DNA from: Octopus vulgaris
Taxonomy: Eukaryota
Direction of reading: 5' to 3'
DNA: 64,000 nt
NCBI GenBank assembly: GCA_951406725.2
Contig: OX597826.1
Span: 6,634,001 to 6,698,000 of the forward strand
Part shown: positions 1 to 14,110 of the stretch, in pieces
Layout of the letters: each line of letters opens with the position of its first letter
Position numbering within the stretch: the stretch's first letter is position 1
Notes under the pieces: generated by a model
What the model saw: only the letters and a program-made list of their open reading frames with translations
What the model was told of the DNA's origin: nothing
The model's database searches: none
Program-made: the position numbers and the translations under genes

Positions 1-309
1 AGAAATATGCATCATCTTCTTCCGCAATGTATCCTATATATCAGCTATAATGTCTGATTTGAAGCTCATTTGCCTGCGATATCTATGAGATAAAGGGACT
101 CGGAATAGACTCATCGAGTCTAAGTGTTTCAATTAACGGGATGTAGTTTAAGACACTGTTCAATGCATAAACTTCCAATACATAAATTTGCCTGTTTGCT
201 ACTGTAATTGAAAAGTGAGTGCCAATGCAACAGGACATTAGGTTTTGAATCTACTCCCAAGCCCACATCTGCAAGATAATTAATTTCTACCATTATATAT
301 GACACAACG

Positions 310-319
310 TATATATGTA

Positions 320-404
<85 letters not shown>

Positions 405-422
405 GTATATATATATATATGT

Positions 423-469
<47 letters not shown>

Positions 470-478
470 TAGATGTAG
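310..478. repeat. Compound microsatellite (TA)n/(TATG)n/(GATA)n
   Basis: Directly visible tandem units. Confidence 0.97.
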
Positions 479-549
479 ATAAATGTAAGATCTAGGGTGT
501 TGACAAAGCTGCGTGGCGTTCGATTAGAAATAAATAAATAAAAAACATT

Positions 550-1522
550 AAGTACAGGGCATCACCTATGAAATAAAATACGTAAACGCACGTGAGATAA
601 ACACAGGACAAAGCAATCACAATAAGTACAGGACATCACCAACGAGCTAAAAATGCGAAAATACGCGAGAGCAAAATGCCAAAAGAAGATAACCCGATCC
701 TAATTTGTCGACTGGTTTACTATACCCTATTACGTTCTTTTAACGAAAAGATAGGAAAACCTCATAAGACAGCAGCATTCACAAAAATTTAAAATATAAA
801 ATTTGTGGAGAGTTAAGGCTTAGAACGAACAAATAACAACAGATTGGACGTACAAAGTAAACAATCGTTACATTTATATATAATTTCTGTGACTCCACAC
901 TCTGTTATATTTCTTCCCATCTATCCCTCTATAATCCTCTATATTTTCCTTTTATCCACCGCTTCTTTGCTGACTTCTTTCTACCCATTCCTATAATCTT
1001 TCGTTTCTTTCCCTTCTCTTCACTCCTTTTGTTTCTTTCCCCCACCCCTCTGCCTGTTGCTCACACGTGACTACAGGCCATTTCTCTCGCCCCTATCTTT
1101 TCAGGACAAGACGTCCACCAGGCTGGAAACTGTTTCTCTCGCCTCCCAACATTTTTCTCTTCTACTATTTTTTCTATTCTATTTATTCTATTTCCTTTAA
1201 AGATTTCTTTCAGGCATGGCCCATTACAATTCGCCTTGACCTAACGGCGCTTAATGTTTGTTTCCGTCGATTGTTTATTTTGTACGTTCACTCCGTTGTT
1301 TTAGTTGTTGTTTATTCATTCGAAGCCGTAACTCTCCACAAATTTTTAAGATATCTAGATACTGCTGCCTTATGAAGTGTTCCTATCTTCTCGTTAAAAG
1401 CGCGAAATAGGGAGCAGTAAAACAGACGACAACTGATGAGCGAGTTATCTTCTTTTAGTATTTGTCCTGTACCCATCTCTCATGTGTTTACGTATTTTTC
1501 ACTTGTTGGTGATGCCCTATAC
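550..1522. mobile_element. Dispersed repeat 'family A' as a diverged inverted pair (arms ~550-866 and ~1268-1522), probably Penelope-like pseudo-LTR
   Basis: aatttgtggagagttaaggcttagaacgaac is the reverse complement of ttcattcgaagccgtaactctccacaaatt; aagtacaggacatcaccaac mirrors gttggtgatgccctatact; pyrimidine-rich spacer; related copies at ~21.6 kb, 45.5 kb and 46.6 kb. The Penelope assignment is inference. Confidence 0.6.
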
Positions 1523-1809
1523 TAACTGTATATATATATATATATTTAATATCGTGGAATCCTATGCTGTAGAGGAAAATGTTCATACCGAGTTAATTCG
1601 GAACGCGTCCATAGGTAATCAAATACCAAGTGAATTTCGTTATTTTTCCTTTCTGTCTATGTGGGTTGTTTCGAGTGTTTTTGTTTTGTTCGGGAGTCTC
1701 TTCTTATAGTAGAAGAAATAGCTAAGATTCTTTGGCTGCTATTTCTAAACTTCGGGATGTGGCAAAGCAAATCTTTGCTGAACTCTAATTATAATTATAC
1801 TCGTAATTA

Positions 1810-1858
<49 letters not shown>

Positions 1859-3203
1859 GAATATATATTGTTGTATAATCCTATTCCAAGTATCACAGAA
1901 AGACAAAAGGACTGTGGACAACAAGAGGAAGCACATGGAAGAAAGTGTCGGTGAAGAGGTCACAAGATGCGTGACGAAAGAGCTTTGACAAAGAAACTAA
2001 AATTGTAAGTGAAAAAACTGAAGTGAAAACCAAATATATAGTGCATGTGTTTAATTGGCAAAATATGACCACCCCAAGTGTAACAATATATTATTTCAAA
2101 TGTTTTGCAGCTAACATTCCTCCCCTGATTTTGAATATGAATCTATATGATCACTTCCATCATAATAAAACTATATGTATAAACCGCTGAAATGGTTAAC
2201 CTTGTGAAGGCAAACACTCTCTCATTTGCATCATCAAATATCTGTATTGTCTATTCTCCCTTAAAGTAAAACAAAATCAACGGACAAATAAACAGAATTC
2301 GCTTCACTAAAAGACTATTTTCATAAAGAGATAAGGAAGTATAAATTCTTCTTTTCATACATCACACTTCTCCGTGTTCTGCTCTATTGCACGTATTTCT
2401 GTACATATAAAGATGTGTGAATTGTGTTAAAGTCACCCATTCATTTAGACCCATCATCTTTTCATTGGAAGAGTGTCATCAACGTGGTCAGAATTTAATG
2501 ACCAATAAAGCCGGCAATATTGTAGAAATAAGTCTGGGTGATAGACAAAGTGAAGAATTGACTCAAAAAGGAGAAAGGAAACGAGATAGGAAGAGACAGA
2601 AAAAAGCACGATGTGTTAGAGAGATTGATTGATTAATTGAGTGAGTGAGTGAGTGAATGTGTGAGTGAGTAAGGGAGCGAGTGAGTGAGAGAACAGCAAG
2701 GTGAGAAGAATGAAACGCCATGATACAAGGACATATCTAAGGGCGATAACAGAGGGGAATTTATTTCAAATTAATGTTTCTTGCCTGTTCAGAAACCATG
2801 GCAGAATTAGGCATTCTTTTCTTTTCGCTATAAAATAAACTCCCCACAAAGAATCTTTGCTTAGAATAGAATGTATTTGCCTTGCGGTTTCCAGTTGAAT
2901 GGTTATGTATTTGAAGAGTTAATGACTTTCTTCTGTTTTTCGTTTTTATATATTCTATATTTTTGATTAGGTTTGTTTTGATTTTTATCAATCGTAGCCA
3001 ACCAATCACCTGATACAAAAACACATACACAAAAAAAAAAAAAGAAACGCATCTTCATCGGTTGTTAATATCATAAAAAAACCACGACATCACAGCTCAG
3101 GCAATTGCGAAACACTTTCTGCAACAGAGTCAGCCAAAGAAACACAGCGCAGATATTTTGTAGATAACAATTCTTATTCACATCCTTCGTTATAGCAAAG
3201 GTA

Positions 3204-3830
<627 letters not shown>

Positions 3831-4502
3831 CGATATTGATAATAATTCGTAGACAGTATCTTAAAATCTGGCAATATTATACCCGTCCGTAGATACAGCA
3901 GTAACTAAACTTTTCACCCTTTTCAAAAGAATTCATACAAGAAGCCATATTTCTTTATTCTGCGACGTATTTATTTAGTATATTCGATAACGTATCAAAC
4001 TTTCTTCATGAGAGGATAATAGTCAGTTTATAATTTTGACAATGATTTATCTGCTTCATTCAATAGTCGTAAGTAATATGTTATGCTATAATATACAATA
4101 ATAGTGCTTCTAATCTAGATATAACTACCACTATATTACAGAGACACCATCTTAATCCGTTTTCTGTCAGTAGTTCCTGAAATAACAATGATGGTATAGA
4201 TGATACTTGGTTGACAACTGAAACCTATATAAAAAAAAAATGATTTTAATTCTAACGTATTTGTCATCTACCCGTTATTTCATTTTAATTTATATCTACT
4301 TCAAGAGGGTACCTATATATGATGATGGGCTGCAAACTTCATAGACTGACCAAGATGGACTATAACCAAAACTTGTTTATTTTTTCCCCTTGCTGACTAG
4401 ATAAATATGCTATTGTCGTGTACAGATTGAAACATCATTTTAGTTAATTGAAACTATTGACAACATTCTATATATTAAAGGTACACATTAGTTCTGAATA
4501 TT

Positions 4503-4892
4503 CTCTATTTCTTACTACCCACAAGGGGCTAAACACAGAGAGGACAAACAAGGACAGACAGACAGAGTAAGTCGATTATGTCGATTCCAGTGCGTAACTG
4601 GTACTTAATTTATCGACCCCGAAGAAATTTGTACTCAGAATGTAACGGCAGACGAAATACCTATTTCTTTACTACCCACAAGGGACTAAACACAGAGAGG
4701 ACAAACAAGGACAGACAAACGCATTAAATCGATTATAGCGACCCCAGTGCGAAACTGGTGCTCAATTTATCGACCCAGAAAGGATGAAAGGCAAAATCGA
4801 CCTCGGCGGAATTTGAACTCAGAACGCAACGGTGGACGATATACGGCTACGTATTTCGCCCGGCGTGCTAACGTTTCTGCCAGCTCGCCGCC
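4503..4892 (-). mobile_element. tRNA-derived SINE (family 1) with duplicated body/tail and a 15-bp TSD
   Basis: Minus strand begins GGCGGCGAGCTGGCAGAAACGTTAGCAC (A-box-like) and has GAGTTCAAATTCC (B-box) and the core TTTGCCTTTCATCCTTTC..GGTCGATAAAT; perfect direct repeat TTAGTTCTGAATATT at 4488-4502 and 4893-4907. Confidence 0.9.
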
Positions 4893-5656
4893 TTAGTTCT
4901 GAATATTATCATTTAGGTAGTTAAATAAGGATGTTATTAGAGCGGTGAATTGCCACGGCTTCCTATGTATCGGGTAGATTGTCGGAACACAGAAGTTGCA
5001 GTATTTGTTCCAATTCTCTATGATCTGATTTCAAATCCCACCGAATCAACATTGACACTTCTAGTATGCGTTGAGTTGGTAAATATCTGCCAACTGTGAG
5101 TGATGGATTTGGAAGACTCTAAGAACGTAGATCTTGTTTCCATACAGTATTTGCTCGTTTTCTTTCTATTATGAGTTCCAATCCACCGAGGTATTCATTG
5201 GTTGTTGATTTAATTCGTCGTCCGCTTTAACACCATTACATTTCCCATGGCATGCATGTTGCTATTAATTCAGGCCAGAGCAGCAATTTGAGATATCCTT
5301 CTATTTCACGGGACCTATAAATTGTCATGAGCACTGCTTTCCTTCTTAAATATAACGTGAGAAATATCGCTTGCATAAATTTTGAAAACTCATCGATATG
5401 TGATTTTCAAATTCATTGTCAGCTAGTGAACTTTGAATTCAAACAACTCGTAATGATCCTCAATCAACGAGCGAACATCAGAGAAATCGCAAGTAATGAT
5501 ATTGGTCCCACGGTGGGTAACATTGCTTCTCAATCTTCTGGGGTTAATGAAATAAATACGGATATCACTGAAATAAATAAGGACATTGCCTAATTCACTT
5601 CTCTTAAAAGAGCTGGCCTTCTGCGAAAATTTGAAATTGTCTTTAATATTATTTTT

Positions 5657-5672
5657 AGTAGTAGTAGTAGTT

Positions 5673-5757
<85 letters not shown>
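5657..5757. repeat. (GTA)n microsatellite
   Basis: Visible. Confidence 0.97.
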
Positions 5758-5774
5758 GTGTTGTAATATTATTA

Positions 5775-5965
5775 GCAAGGTGGCGTGCTGGCGGAATATT
5801 TAATAAGCTGGACAAACTACTTAGCAATATTTTGTCCGCCATTAGACTTTACGTTCAAATTCTTCTGACGTCGACTTGACTTTTCATTCTTCCGAGGTCG
5901 ATGAAATAAGTATCAATTTTGTCCTGGGATCGCTGTAATCGGTGTAGTTGCATTGTCCCCTCTTT
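5775..5965 (+). mobile_element. Decayed SINE family 1 copy
   Basis: aaggtggcgtgctggcggaa...gttcaaattc...ttttcattcttccgaggtcgatgaaataagta matches the 4503-4892 element. Confidence 0.75.
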
Positions 5966-6046
5966 CAAAATTACTGTCGATGGGATCGACGTAATTGACT
6001 ATCACCCTCTCCACAAATTCCATGCCTTGTGTCTACAGTAGAGAGG

Positions 6047-6553
<507 letters not shown>

Positions 6554-8284
6554 CAAAGCATGCACATTTATATAAATAGAGCGTGTGCATAAATAAAATA
6601 TCAAAATTCACCCGGTTGTTTCAACGCTCCACTGTTTGATTTCAGATAAGAAAGTTTTAAAGAAATGTTTGCGTATACACTAAAATGGAAACTGAAGATT
6701 TTGTATTGTTTCAACACGAAAGGATATCAACTTCAGACATACTCGAGCAATTTAATCCTGTTTAATAGAATTTTTCTACTAAGAAGCAGCGGAAACATAT
6801 GTTGTACAGTCAAATATATTGTCGCTCATACACACATGCTGTTCCTAGTGGCAACTCGTATACCAGATTCTTCACTCGACCGCTTTCAAACTTTGTTTGG
6901 TACCCGGTCGAATTTTCAGCCTGTGGATATATACTCATTTTAATTTGTTCGTGCAAATGGAGTATTGATAATAAGCTTATGCCGCATAAAACTGTGGCCA
7001 AACCCAATAATAGTAAATTGAGTTATTGAGTAACAAATATAGCCTCTGGCTTGTAAACGATTCTACAGTTAATACTTCCAAATGCACTTTGTATTGCTTA
7101 TAAATAATAACAGTGAATTATGTAAACACACAACATACAGAAAGATTAGCTGAAATGTATCGACTGCATCATTTTGCTTCTAAATAAATAAATAATTTAA
7201 ATTAAGTTTACGATGGCAGAATTGTTCGAAGTTATAAACTAATATTTTATGTTTCTTCAATAATCTTAGCTAATTCTTCGTCACTTTTAGTTTTTCTTTG
7301 ATCTGACCTCATCTACTTTACACACATTTAAATATTTCATCTTGCGTTTCTGTATATTTTGCTTGTTATTATTTCGTGTTATTTGATTTCGCTTAGCAAC
7401 ATTCATATTTTATTTGTTTACTTGTGGACATTTTCGCTGCTACTTACTCGTCAGATATTCAGTTTTACATAATATACTGTTCTAGTTACCAAATAAACAG
7501 AAGAAAAAAAAATGATATTACCATAGTAAACTGATTGTACTAATTTCATTAACACAACATCTGTAATCGTGGTCACGACCAGAATTGTTCAAACAGTTAT
7601 ATCTCTTTAGGTTTTCATTTCCTATATTTTATTACCTTGTATTCAAAGCAAATAGACGTTATTATCACTACAAAGAGAATGTAATATATTCGTAAAGTAA
7701 AATCGACAAGACTTTGAGAAGTTGATATAGAGCACTAATTAGAAAGACAGTATAATATGATTCATTAACTAAATGGATCTTATGTGATATTGCATACTGG
7801 AACTTTTGTCTGAAGTCATCGTTTTACTTTAAACAGCACAAATAATACAACTATTGGAGTGTTACTAAATACAAAACATAGACTGTGGATGGCAAATCAG
7901 CAGAGTGCCGACGTAGGGCCAATTTTTCGTCTGCAGTCTTTCTGTGTATGTTATTTTTGTTATTTAGATTCAACAGATAAGAACAGGTTCGGTTTAAATT
8001 GATTACATACATTGTATTTTTATGTTAAATTTGTTATGATTCGTTAGGTATAAAAAAGAGTGGTGAAGAATGATGCAAAAAGTAAAATCTTTTCTAAAAT
8101 TATTGGTAAAAAAAAAATCTAAATCTATCAAACGTTCATTTATGATGATGAAATGGTTTCTCACGTAGGCGAAATACACAAGTGAAAAGTTCCTATTAAA
8201 ATATATGAGCTGGTAAACATTAAAATCTGGTAACTGGATGCTTTAAATTGTATACATATGTTTATATACATATATCCATATTCA

Positions 8285-8462
<178 letters not shown>

Positions 8463-8912
8463 TGGTGGCTGCCCCCTCGTTATCGAGTATCGCCATTGCA
8501 CGAAGATTAATGAATAGTGTTATCGTGCAATGCCTGTGCAAGAAGAATTTTTATAAAATGGACGAAAGGCTGTGCACTGAGTCAATCCTACTCACTAAGC
8601 AGCCATAATCCGAAAAGAAGAACAAGTCAACATCATCGGTAACCACTGAGCCGCAGGTTTTATGTTGGAGTGATCCCAGGTACCTGAGTTACCATAGCCT
8701 AGAATGATGCCCTACCAAATGCTAGGAGTCCTTCACTCCCAATGGTTTAACCGCGCGATCGGGTATTCAGTCAGATTATTTCTATGTCCCCGCGCAAGAT
8801 ACAGCTTTAAGACATTTATTGGATGGACGTTGACTCTCAAGAGTTCTTCCGCCCTTTGACGGGTTTTGTTTTTCATCCCGCAGGGTGTCCAATAAACACC
8901 CTCCTCACCAAG
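8463..8912. mobile_element. GC-richer insert within a (CATA)n tract, possibly a LINE UTR fragment
   Basis: Sharp compositional shift with (CATA)n on both sides; no coding motif recognised. Confidence 0.3.
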
Positions 8913-9342
8913 CATACATATATACATACATACATGCATGCATACATACATACATACATACATACATACATACATTCATACATACATACATACGTACAGA
9001 CAGACAGTTACATACATACATACATACATACATACATGCATATTGGTATTTGTTTAAGATTAAAGCATGTAAGGATAACTAATATTTGGTACGTATGGAA
9101 TACTTTAATATTAACTGTTGGGTTATGAGAACTGTAATTCACTCAGAATTAGTTATAATATTGGTTAATTTAAGTCCAATCGAGTTAGTTTTGTTTTGAA
9201 AGAATAGAATATAAAAGCTTTCACTTTTATATTAATAACTATGGAAGAAAGGAGGGAATATTTTCCGCACGGACTTCATAAATTTGGTCGCTATTTAGTC
9301 AAATATTTTAGGAGTTAGTTAGATGTTTACTTATTGAATTAA

Positions 9343-9719
9343 CTAGCAGTACTGCCCGGCGTTGCTCGGGTTTGTTTCGACCATTTAGATTTGGAATTTT
9401 TGAGAAGTAAAAACTTTGCGTTATCTAGCTTGTTATTCTCTTTAAGTGAACATTTTTCTGGTTGAAATACACCGATAAATGGCGACACAGCATTCAAAAA
9501 TCGTGAAAAATAGGGATTTTCATAGAAAAAAAAAGTACCATTGTGATGTAAATAATTTTTGGTGTTAACATGATCCGATTTGAATTTTTTTCTTCTACGG
9601 AAGTAGGAACAAGCCTTCTATCATACTCTCAATTTTAGTCAACTTGCGCCGAGATAGTGTTAGCTGAAGGCTACCAAACCTGCCATACACAGACAACTTC
9701 TGCTTTATATAGAGAGAGA
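9343..9719 (-). mobile_element. Non-autonomous Helitron
   Basis: Minus strand: 5' A|TCTCTCTCTATATAAAG, subterminal hairpin CCCGAGCAACGCCGGG, 3' CTAG|T; inserted between A and T with no TSD. Confidence 0.85.
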
Positions 9720-10015
9720 TTTATCAATACTGTTTTTGTACATAGGGTAAAAGTGTTTTTTTTGTGGTAGTTTAATTAATAATATTAGTAATTAATGCTT
9801 CCTGGAATTAAGATCGATTGAATGCGGTGATATCTAAGGTTTGTTTGTTCCCAAGCAACACTTATTTTAGTGCTGTTGACACCACGGGGTTAAATGGTAC
9901 TGCTCAGGTGTCGAAACCATAGTTATATCCGTGGGGTAGTTGATTGTGGAGGTATGTTGGATTGTTGGTATGGCTGTTGTTGTGCGTCTGAATAGTTTTA
10001 TAAGATATCCATTTG

Positions 10016-10022
10016 ACATACA

Positions 10023-10054
<32 letters not shown>

Positions 10055-10124
10055 CATGCATGCATGCATGCATGCATACATACATACATACATACATACA
10101 TACATACATACATACATACATACA

Positions 10125-10155
<31 letters not shown>

Positions 10156-10168
10156 GTACATACATGCA
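10016..10168. repeat. (CATA)n microsatellite
   Basis: Visible. Confidence 0.95.
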
Positions 10169-10169
10169 T

Positions 10170-10420
10170 ATAGTGGAATGCACCAGTAATGACTTCGATA
10201 AAATGTAAGCAAAACAGACGTGATAGAATGATTTGGGGTAGAGGAGAAAAACTGTGCACAGTTGTGGAAATTAGCCGACCAGTGGATGTTAGCATAAAGC
10301 TGAAGATCAGTGAAAAAGAGAACAACTATGCTGAACTATTGAGAAATCTGCAGTTACTCAATCCAGATTGCAAGTTCATGTTTATTCCTGTAATTATTGA
10401 GGCCCTGTGATTTGTTTAGG
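10170..10420 (+). pseudogene. Restriction-like endonuclease C-terminus of an R4/Dong-type non-LTR retrotransposon (fragment)
   Basis: Translation NRRDRMIWGRGEKLCTVVEISRPVDVSIKLKISEKENNYAELL resembles the NRPD..VVE(I/V)SCP.D....EKE.KY RLE motif. Confidence 0.7.
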
Positions 10421-11225
10421 TGCCGTAGTATGGGACGGATCTCTAAACAAATGATAGCAAAACAAGCTCCTACACCATTCAGCAAAGTAGCAGCTTGTAA
10501 TGAAAACATTATTATATATTTTACTCTTGTTCCGTTTTAAATAGAAAGAGTTTATTTCGAAAATATGTTTCATAGGAAACATAAAATATGATTCAATATA
10601 GGTGTACATTTAATACATGAAATTAAACCTAAATGCTGTTGTGTCTGGAATTCAAATGGCATAAACATATGGGTCATACGTAGAATATTTAACTTGTCTT
10701 CCTGATATTTTAATAAGACTTCACTGGTGATACGTAGTTCAAAATTGGTCATTAATCATGGATAAAAGTTACAAAGCAAACGATATATCTGTCAAAGTAA
10801 ATTACTGCTTATATATACGGAAGCTTTTATGCATCCGTCTAAATAAAAACGAATTATGATATATGCAAAACTCCAAGCATACACACAACTACAAATCACA
10901 TGCGAACGCACGCATACACACACACACATAGACACACACGCGCGCACACATACACACACACAAAGGCACACACACACACAAAGGCACACACACACACACA
11001 CTCACACACCGGGTGCTTGTTTAAATGTATGTACAATATGCGTCTATATATATGCATATCCGTATACAGACATGCGTACACTCAGAAACACATGGCTATA
11101 AAACAGTCACATATACACACATACATATATATCCACACGCATACATACTAGCGGACACACAGACATGGATATGCATATGTGTGTATTATGTAGAAATACG
11201 AACACCATAAACAAATATAAACATT

Positions 11226-11256
<31 letters not shown>

Positions 11257-12382
11257 CATGCATACATACATATGAATATGCATATATAGGTATGTATGTG
11301 TAGGAGAGGGTATTTGTGATTGTGTGATGTATGTTAATATGTCTGATAGTTCGTTGGGAGGGGGTTAAAAATCATAATTCGGATTTAAAGTAATCCTGGT
11401 GTGACGTAGGCAATTTTATATTGTCTAGCATTCTCTGAAGTGTCAATTCCTCAATTAGATTTTTAGCTTCCGTTGTCACTTCAATGAGAATTTCACACGA
11501 CGTTAGATATCCATGAATATTTAAAAGCCTTATTCATATTCAGAATATATATGTACGTGGATGTACGTATGCATGTATATCAATGAAAATTATACACATA
11601 TCGTGTAGGTGAGTTCGTATTTATGTTTGCGTGAATTGTTCAAATGGATGCTAATATGCATCGAGATTATATAGAATTATATTTGAACCATATTTCAGTT
11701 ATTTCTTTTCTTTGTTATTTATTCTGTTAACCTCCATTAAAATGACAATTTAAATGGTTGTATATTTATTTGAACTTTCCCCATAATAAATACGGGGGAA
11801 AAAACTGAAAGGAAAATAATTTCCAGAAAAAATATCAAAAGAAAATCGAGTTATTAAAATATGTTTACAAAATAACGATGAAACTATTGTATGAATGTGA
11901 AATTTAGTGTATATAAAATATGTCAATTTGTCTATAGTTTAGATTTATTTTCTACATATTGTTTAGCTTTTTGTATGTCTGCTGCTTAATTATGAAGACA
12001 GGAACGTTCAGATTTTTATGTCAAATGAGACGCTGTTTGTAATCGGATTCGGTAAATACAGCATAGCATACAACATGAAGCAATACTTCCTGTTAGTGAC
12101 GTAAATAATATTACAGGGAAAATATATGAGTGTCACAGTTTTCACTGTTTATCATATAAACATTTCTAAATAAGAAACAAGTATTATTTGATGGAATTAC
12201 TCAGCAAATTATTGCAACTCATTTCTCGACACAAAAAAAAAAAAAAAAAAACGTCTGAAATACTTTCGTAAATGGAAATAATGTAGTTGATTTTGGGTTG
12301 ATTTTCAGTGTATGTAAAGAAAAAGAACTTGACAATTAATTTATTGATTGTTGTCGATAAAGGCAGAGGGAAATTATTATAC

Positions 12383-12436
<54 letters not shown>

Positions 12437-12439
12437 AAG

Positions 12440-12630
12440 AGGGAGAATTCACGAAAAAACAAAAGACGAAGACTGGTGGTGTACAAAACCAACAGATGTA
12501 TTAGTATAACGCTCAGTAATAGAAAAAGTCTTTTACGTTTCGAGCCTACGCTCTTCTACAGAAAGGGACACAGAAAAAAAACAAGGAGAGAAACAAATGT
12601 GTGTAGTGGCTACCGATCTTGCATGGCGGT
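12440..12630 (-). mobile_element. Short dispersed repeat 'family B' with a minimal hammerhead-like motif (12528-12568)
   Basis: Homologous to 31180-31355(+); minus strand reads CTTT-CTGTAGA-A-GAGC(GTAG)GCTC-GAAA-CG-TA-AAAG. Confidence 0.6.
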
Positions 12631-12639
12631 CAAAAATAA

Positions 12640-13061
12640 TAAAGGTTAAAATTAATTAATCAATTAATAATTAATAATTTTACAAAGTATTTCGGTACGT
12701 TAAAAGAATCATTATCTGTAACCTTATACAAAAATTCTATAATTATAAGCATAATTATAATTAGGGTTCAACAAAATTGCTTCACCGCATACCGAAATTT
12801 AGAAATAGCAATTAAATACTATTTCGATACCATAAGATATCTCCCACACATCAATACTCCAAACCCACGCAGGTAATGAGAAAAAATAATGAATTTCACC
12901 TGGCCCTGATCAACTATGTACTCGTTTCGAGTTGGGAGTATTGATCTCTGGGAGATATCTTATGGTAGTGGAATAGTATTTAACTGCTATTTGTAAATTT
13001 CGGTATGCGGTGAAGCAAATTCTGCTGAACCCTAATTATAATTAGGCTTATAATTATAGAA
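12640..13061. mobile_element. Diverged homologue of the first ~200 bp of the 559-bp array unit, with a foldback (arms ~12735-12868 and ~12929-13061)
   Basis: ggttaaaattaattaatcaatt and ccgcataccgaaatttagaaatagca align with 31388-31535; the two arms are near-perfect reverse complements. Confidence 0.75.
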
Positions 13062-13067
13062 TGTTTG

Positions 13068-13256
<189 letters not shown>

Positions 13257-13709
13257 TTGTATACACAGATGTATTATTATTATTCTTTATAGGAATAACA
13301 AGATGTGTTTTACCGGTACAATATAAAGTAAATTAGGATTCAGTAAGGTATATAACACCAGTTACTAAAATCAGAGGCGTTGCTTCAAATACCACCATAA
13401 AACTCACGATAAAGATACAGACGAGCAATGCAATGAACATATGAGAAATAGGCTTACCTTTGCGTTGAATACATCAGTAGGTAACGTATATTTCAATACC
13501 AATTGACTTCACGCTGTGCATGACAAACATACATTGGGATCTTCAGTTGAAAATAACATTGTAATATCTGTTTCTAAAATATTCACTACGTTAGCTCATG
13601 TGTGTTCCTTACTTTAAACGTACCACTCCGTTTAAAGGGAACTATCGTGAACAAGAAAAAATTAAATAAAGAAATGTTATTACCGTTAATTATAGTAATA
13701 TATATAGGA

Positions 13710-13834
13710 ACTACATGGTACCAGGTTTGGTTACACTGAGTGGCAACCTGAGAAAGTTTCTTCTATTGTATAGCATCGGGTCGACCAAAGGCTTGCGAGT
13801 GGATTTGTTAGAGCGAAACTGAATGAAGCCCGTC

Positions 13835-13874
<40 letters not shown>

Positions 13875-14110
13875 GTGTGTGTGTGTATGAGTGAATGTAT
13901 ATGTGTGCGAGTGTTGTTTGCCTGTTTGTCTGCCAGCATCGCTTGACAACCAACGTCAGTGTGTTTATGTCGCCATAACTTAGCGGTTCGGCAAAAGTGT
14001 TGATACAATAAGTACTAGGCTTACAAAGAATAAGTGATGGGGTAGATTCCTTCGACGAAATGCTGTGCTCCAGCATAGCCACAGTCAACTGACTAAAGCA
14101 ACTAAAACAA
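13710..14110 (+). mobile_element. tRNA-derived SINE family 2 (5'-truncated, internal TA/TG tract)
   Basis: acatggtaccaggttt..., gtcgaccaaaggcttgcgagtggattt..., taacttagcggttcggcaaaa..., tgctccagcatagccacagtc; pieces recur at 19245-19352, 27365-27500 and 34390-34520; resembles octopus OR-type SINEs (from memory). Confidence 0.8.

Noticed and set aside
1363-1445. Hammerhead in family A (GAAA and CTGATGA motifs; also near 21605-21665 and 45570-45610)
   Set aside because: No helix I/II/III register is consistent across copies; at best a decayed relic
5327-5593. 88-aa ATG-started ORF in unique sequence
   Set aside because: No recognisable domain, no convincing splice sites, and length within chance expectation
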